Assembly (NCBI GenBank): GCA_001179505.1 | Contig: CDMY01000247.1 | Coordinates: 62,001-126,000 of the forward strand | DNA: 64,000 bases | Reading direction: 5' to 3' | Source of the DNA: Vitrella brassicaformis CCMP3155 | Lineage: Eukaryota > Protista > Chromerida | Shown here: piece by piece, positions 61,118 to 64,000 of the stretch | Position numbering within the stretch: the first letter of the stretch is position 1 | Layout of the letters: the number at the start of each line of letters is the position of its first letter | Notes under the pieces: model-generated | What the model was told of the DNA's origin: nothing | The model's database searches: none | The model's input: the letters and a program-made list of their open reading frames with translations, nothing else | Translations under genes and position numbers: made by a program

Positions 61118-62665
61118 ATGGCATCTCGTGTGGCTTCCTTTGTTGGAACTCTAGTGTCTGCCTTGGTTCTCAGCTCAGATGCAGACGGATCCGATGGAGG
61201 ATCTCCGCTGAAGTATCTGTGCGCTTGCACTGGCGAGGCTGTGCGTCATCTCGATCCGTGCCCTCGTCGGCACAATTCAAAGCCATGCCGATGTCACGGC
61301 TCGTATGAGCGTCATCGCTTCGTATGCACGTAAGGCTGGTCATGGCATCCAATCTTCTTCATGACGACAGTTCCTTTCACCACAGCTTATTCCGTGAACT
61401 ACATTTGGAGGTAAAGGAACGGAAAACAAGGAAGGCCATTGTCTGTATGTTGCCTTGCAGGAGTATTTGAGTGCGTCATCTGCATGGCATCCACAGAAAA
61501 TCCTGCAGAGCCACCGCGACGATCAAACCAATACGGCAGCTGCCTCGGAAACGAAGGAGAACACCATCCGTATACTCCACTTGGCGCCCAACAAGGCAGT
61601 TGTATTGGGGCTTAATCTGTACAACCAGAGCAATGTCGAGTACGTCATGGGGGACAAGTTCTCATCGCACTATAGCCAAAGCCAGGCAGACTTCCCCGGA
61701 TGGCCGCAGGTAAGGGACAGAAGGACGTTGGTGGTGTACCCTGTGTGCCTTGTTTGTTCTGTGTATGATGCAGGAGTTCGTTTATTCGGACATGACTGCC
61801 CCTTTTCTGGCCCTGAATGTGCCTGCAAGGCACTCTGCAACAGTCCTCCACACGCAACGGATCGACACCCACGGCCTGCCGTTCTACGAGGAGCGACAAC
61901 ACACGCCCCTGAATTGCAGCCAAGGCCTTCTCAACCGATTCGATCTCATCATATGCAACCACATGCTGGAGCATTTGCCGGAATGGCTGCCTTCGGCTCG
62001 GTCCATCTTCTCCCTTCTAAAACCGGGGGGCCTGGCTCTTATATCTGTGCCATTCGAATCGGCAACGCTTCATTCGTGGACCCTTCCTAGGTCAGAGTGG
62101 CAGCGAATGAGCTACGGGGGTACGCTTCTAGAGCACAATGATACCTGAATGAATTCTCTTTTTTCTGTTCTGCTCAGGTTGGTATCACATTCAGAAATTC
62201 AGTCTCGATTTCTTTGACACTTTGCGCTCCCATGTCGGCTTCGAAGTGGGGCCGCTTCGGTAAGATGCACGGACTGGCTGCATGGACAAAATATAGATGT
62301 ACTTCTCTGTCTCTCTGTCAAGGCTCTGCGAGTATTTCTCAGACGGAGGGAGGCCCTTCCCAATCGAGTCTTTCAACCCCAAGAGCTACGCCAATCCCGA
62401 GTTCAACGGGTGTCCGTCTTTGGAGAAGCGAGAAGGCTGGCTGGGACAGTGGCTTGGCCTCGTGCGAAAGCCTTGCGATGTCTTCAGCGCTCTTGGAGGC
62501 GATGGTGTGACAGCTGGCGAAGATGGCGTGGAGAAAGTGTTGCTGCATGCGGAAGGGAGCACAATGTGCCCTCAGGTCACGGATAAGATGAGGGAAGTGC
62601 ACACATACTTCAACGAATACATGGCAGACATTCAGAGAGGATACGCAGAAGACACGGAGACATGA
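61118..62665 (+). CDS. Class I SAM-dependent methyltransferase (Methyltransf_11-like) with hydrophobic N-terminus
   Basis: CRCHGSYERHR, ILHLAP, FDLIICNHMLEH, LLKPGGLALISVP across GT-AG exons. Confidence 0.75.
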
Positions 62666-63158
62666 TATGGATATATGGATGACGCGTCCTGTCCGTCTAG
62701 GCTTTACATGCATGTACTTAGAGTGTTTGTTCAAACGTCGATATCGTCACGATTCGATGCGGTGAGACGTTGTCTGGGTGAATGCTTCCATCGCGCAATG
62801 GTATGGTGTGAAACGCATTCATGCAAGTCACGCAGCGCGCACATGGTCACACACACACGTAGTCCCATGCATCACGCACACGTCAGTCCGTCAGTCGGTG
62901 TATGTATGTCACTGGCGCGGAGGGGAGGGGAGGGGAGCTACTTCTGTCCTGTGTGCTGCCTTTGGCCTCTCTGTCTGTCGACCAAGACAACCACAGCGGA
63001 AATGAGGCAGACCAACAACTGATCGACAACCAACAACCGTTTTAAGCAAATGCAGCCGCTAACCCTTCCCTCAGACCTTTCCAACCCACTCACACATCCC
63101 TCTACACTGGCCGGCCGCTATGCCGCGGATGCACACCCGATCCATGGCTTGGCTACCC

Positions 63159-63896
63159 TCACATGCGGCGATTTCTGCGCTGCTCTCGCAGCCTTGGGGA
63201 ACGCCGCAGCTTCTTGAGCGGCTGCTCGTCAGCAGGGACTCTGCGGCGCTTGGGGGGCGGCGCAGCGGCCTCCTCATCCATGTCCCCAACAGGAGGCTGA
63301 CCCACCTCTACAGCCGCGGGGACCCCACCCGCACCGTCACCCGCCCCCTGTGCTGCATCGATCCCGGCCATCGGCTCGGGAAGCTGGCCCTCGTGTGCAG
63401 GTGGCTGGCCCACCGGTGCCTCTGCCTTGTCTCGGGAGAGACCGCTGGAGGGAGACTTCCCTCGGGCAGCCAGGAAGTGTGGCGCGGTGTGCCGACGGAT
63501 GTGCTGGCGAGGCAAGTCCCCCTTGCGACGTTCACTGCGGCCGTGCAAGCCCCCCTGCGCGCCGGGTTGGTCTTGGTCTTGGGGAGAGGGGTTGAGCATA
63601 TCGACGTCCTCCTGCTGGGGAGGCTTTCCGGTGGCACTCGTCGGCTCACCAGTGCCCTCAGCACGGTCCTCCTCTCGGGGCCTCTTGCTGGCCCTCGGGC
63701 GGGCGGCGGCTGGACCTGGTGCCTCTGAGAGAGGAAGACACGACAACCGCGGATGTGCATTGTGCATCCTTTTGTCTCCGTTGGTGCCTGCGCGCGTACC
63801 GTATCTGGCCTTGGCACCTGCGAGTGCTGGGTGGTTGAGCGCCTCCCCAGCAGTGATGCGGCGGCTCGGCTCGATAGTGAGCATGCTGGACGACAC
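63159..63896 (-). CDS. 3' end of a Ser/Thr protein kinase gene (continues beyond window)
   Basis: Subdomain XI MLTIEPSRRITAGEALNHP, followed by a low-complexity tail with PPPKRRR NLS-like motif. Confidence 0.7.
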   Translation of the reverse strand: MSSSMLTIEPSRRITAGEALNHPALAGAKARYGTRAGTNGDKRMHNAHPRLSCLPLSEAPGPAAARPRASKRPREEDRAEGTGEPTSATGKPPQQEDVDMLNPSPQDQDQPGAQGGLHGRSERRKGDLPRQHIRRHTAPHFLAARGKSPSSGLSRDKAEAPVGQPPAHEGQLPEPMAGIDAAQGAGDGAGGVPAAVEVGQPPVGDMDEEAAAPPPKRRRVPADEQPLKKLRRSPRLREQRRNRRM

Positions 63897-64000
63897 AAAA
63901 AAAAGGAGATAGATCTACAAGTCTCCCTGTGCCTCTCTCTCTCTCTGTTTGTGTCAGCAGCGTGTGTTCATGTTTCTCACCGGTCGATCAGGTCTACGAG

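Overview
Eukaryotic, GC-rich, very intron-dense genomic DNA. Introns are mostly 60-130 nt GT-AG and full of TG/CA, GA, GACA and CCTG microsatellites, so most ORFs in the track are exon fragments; genes were reconstructed by hand-splicing. Intron style and gene content (PST-A-like lysophospholipase, AP2-like factor, glucan water dikinase) suggest a chromerid alveolate such as Vitrella; this is inference. Left half (1-31 kb): two paralogous ankyrin-repeat TRP-like channel genes, both with lesions, bracket a hypothetical gene, a lysophospholipase and a ~15-kb same-strand array. The array has seven kinase-like domains (six lack the catalytic Asp and DFG), three ubiquitin-like domains split by an intron at the same position, an MIU-like motif, and a five-copy CATTTTATAT element between modules. 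It is the best candidate for an undescribed system. Right half: a degenerate DUS1-like gene, a 3xAP2-like/AT-hook/SAM-like regulator, a stand-alone HPt protein head-to-head with an alpha-glucan water dikinase, a secreted protein resembling cyanobacterial Ca-binding RTX-type proteins, two secreted paralogs differing by one intron, a metallophosphoesterase, a SAM-methyltransferase and the 3' end of a kinase. No RNA genes, CRISPR arrays or transposases were recognised. Family calls rest on motif recognition by eye, not database searches.
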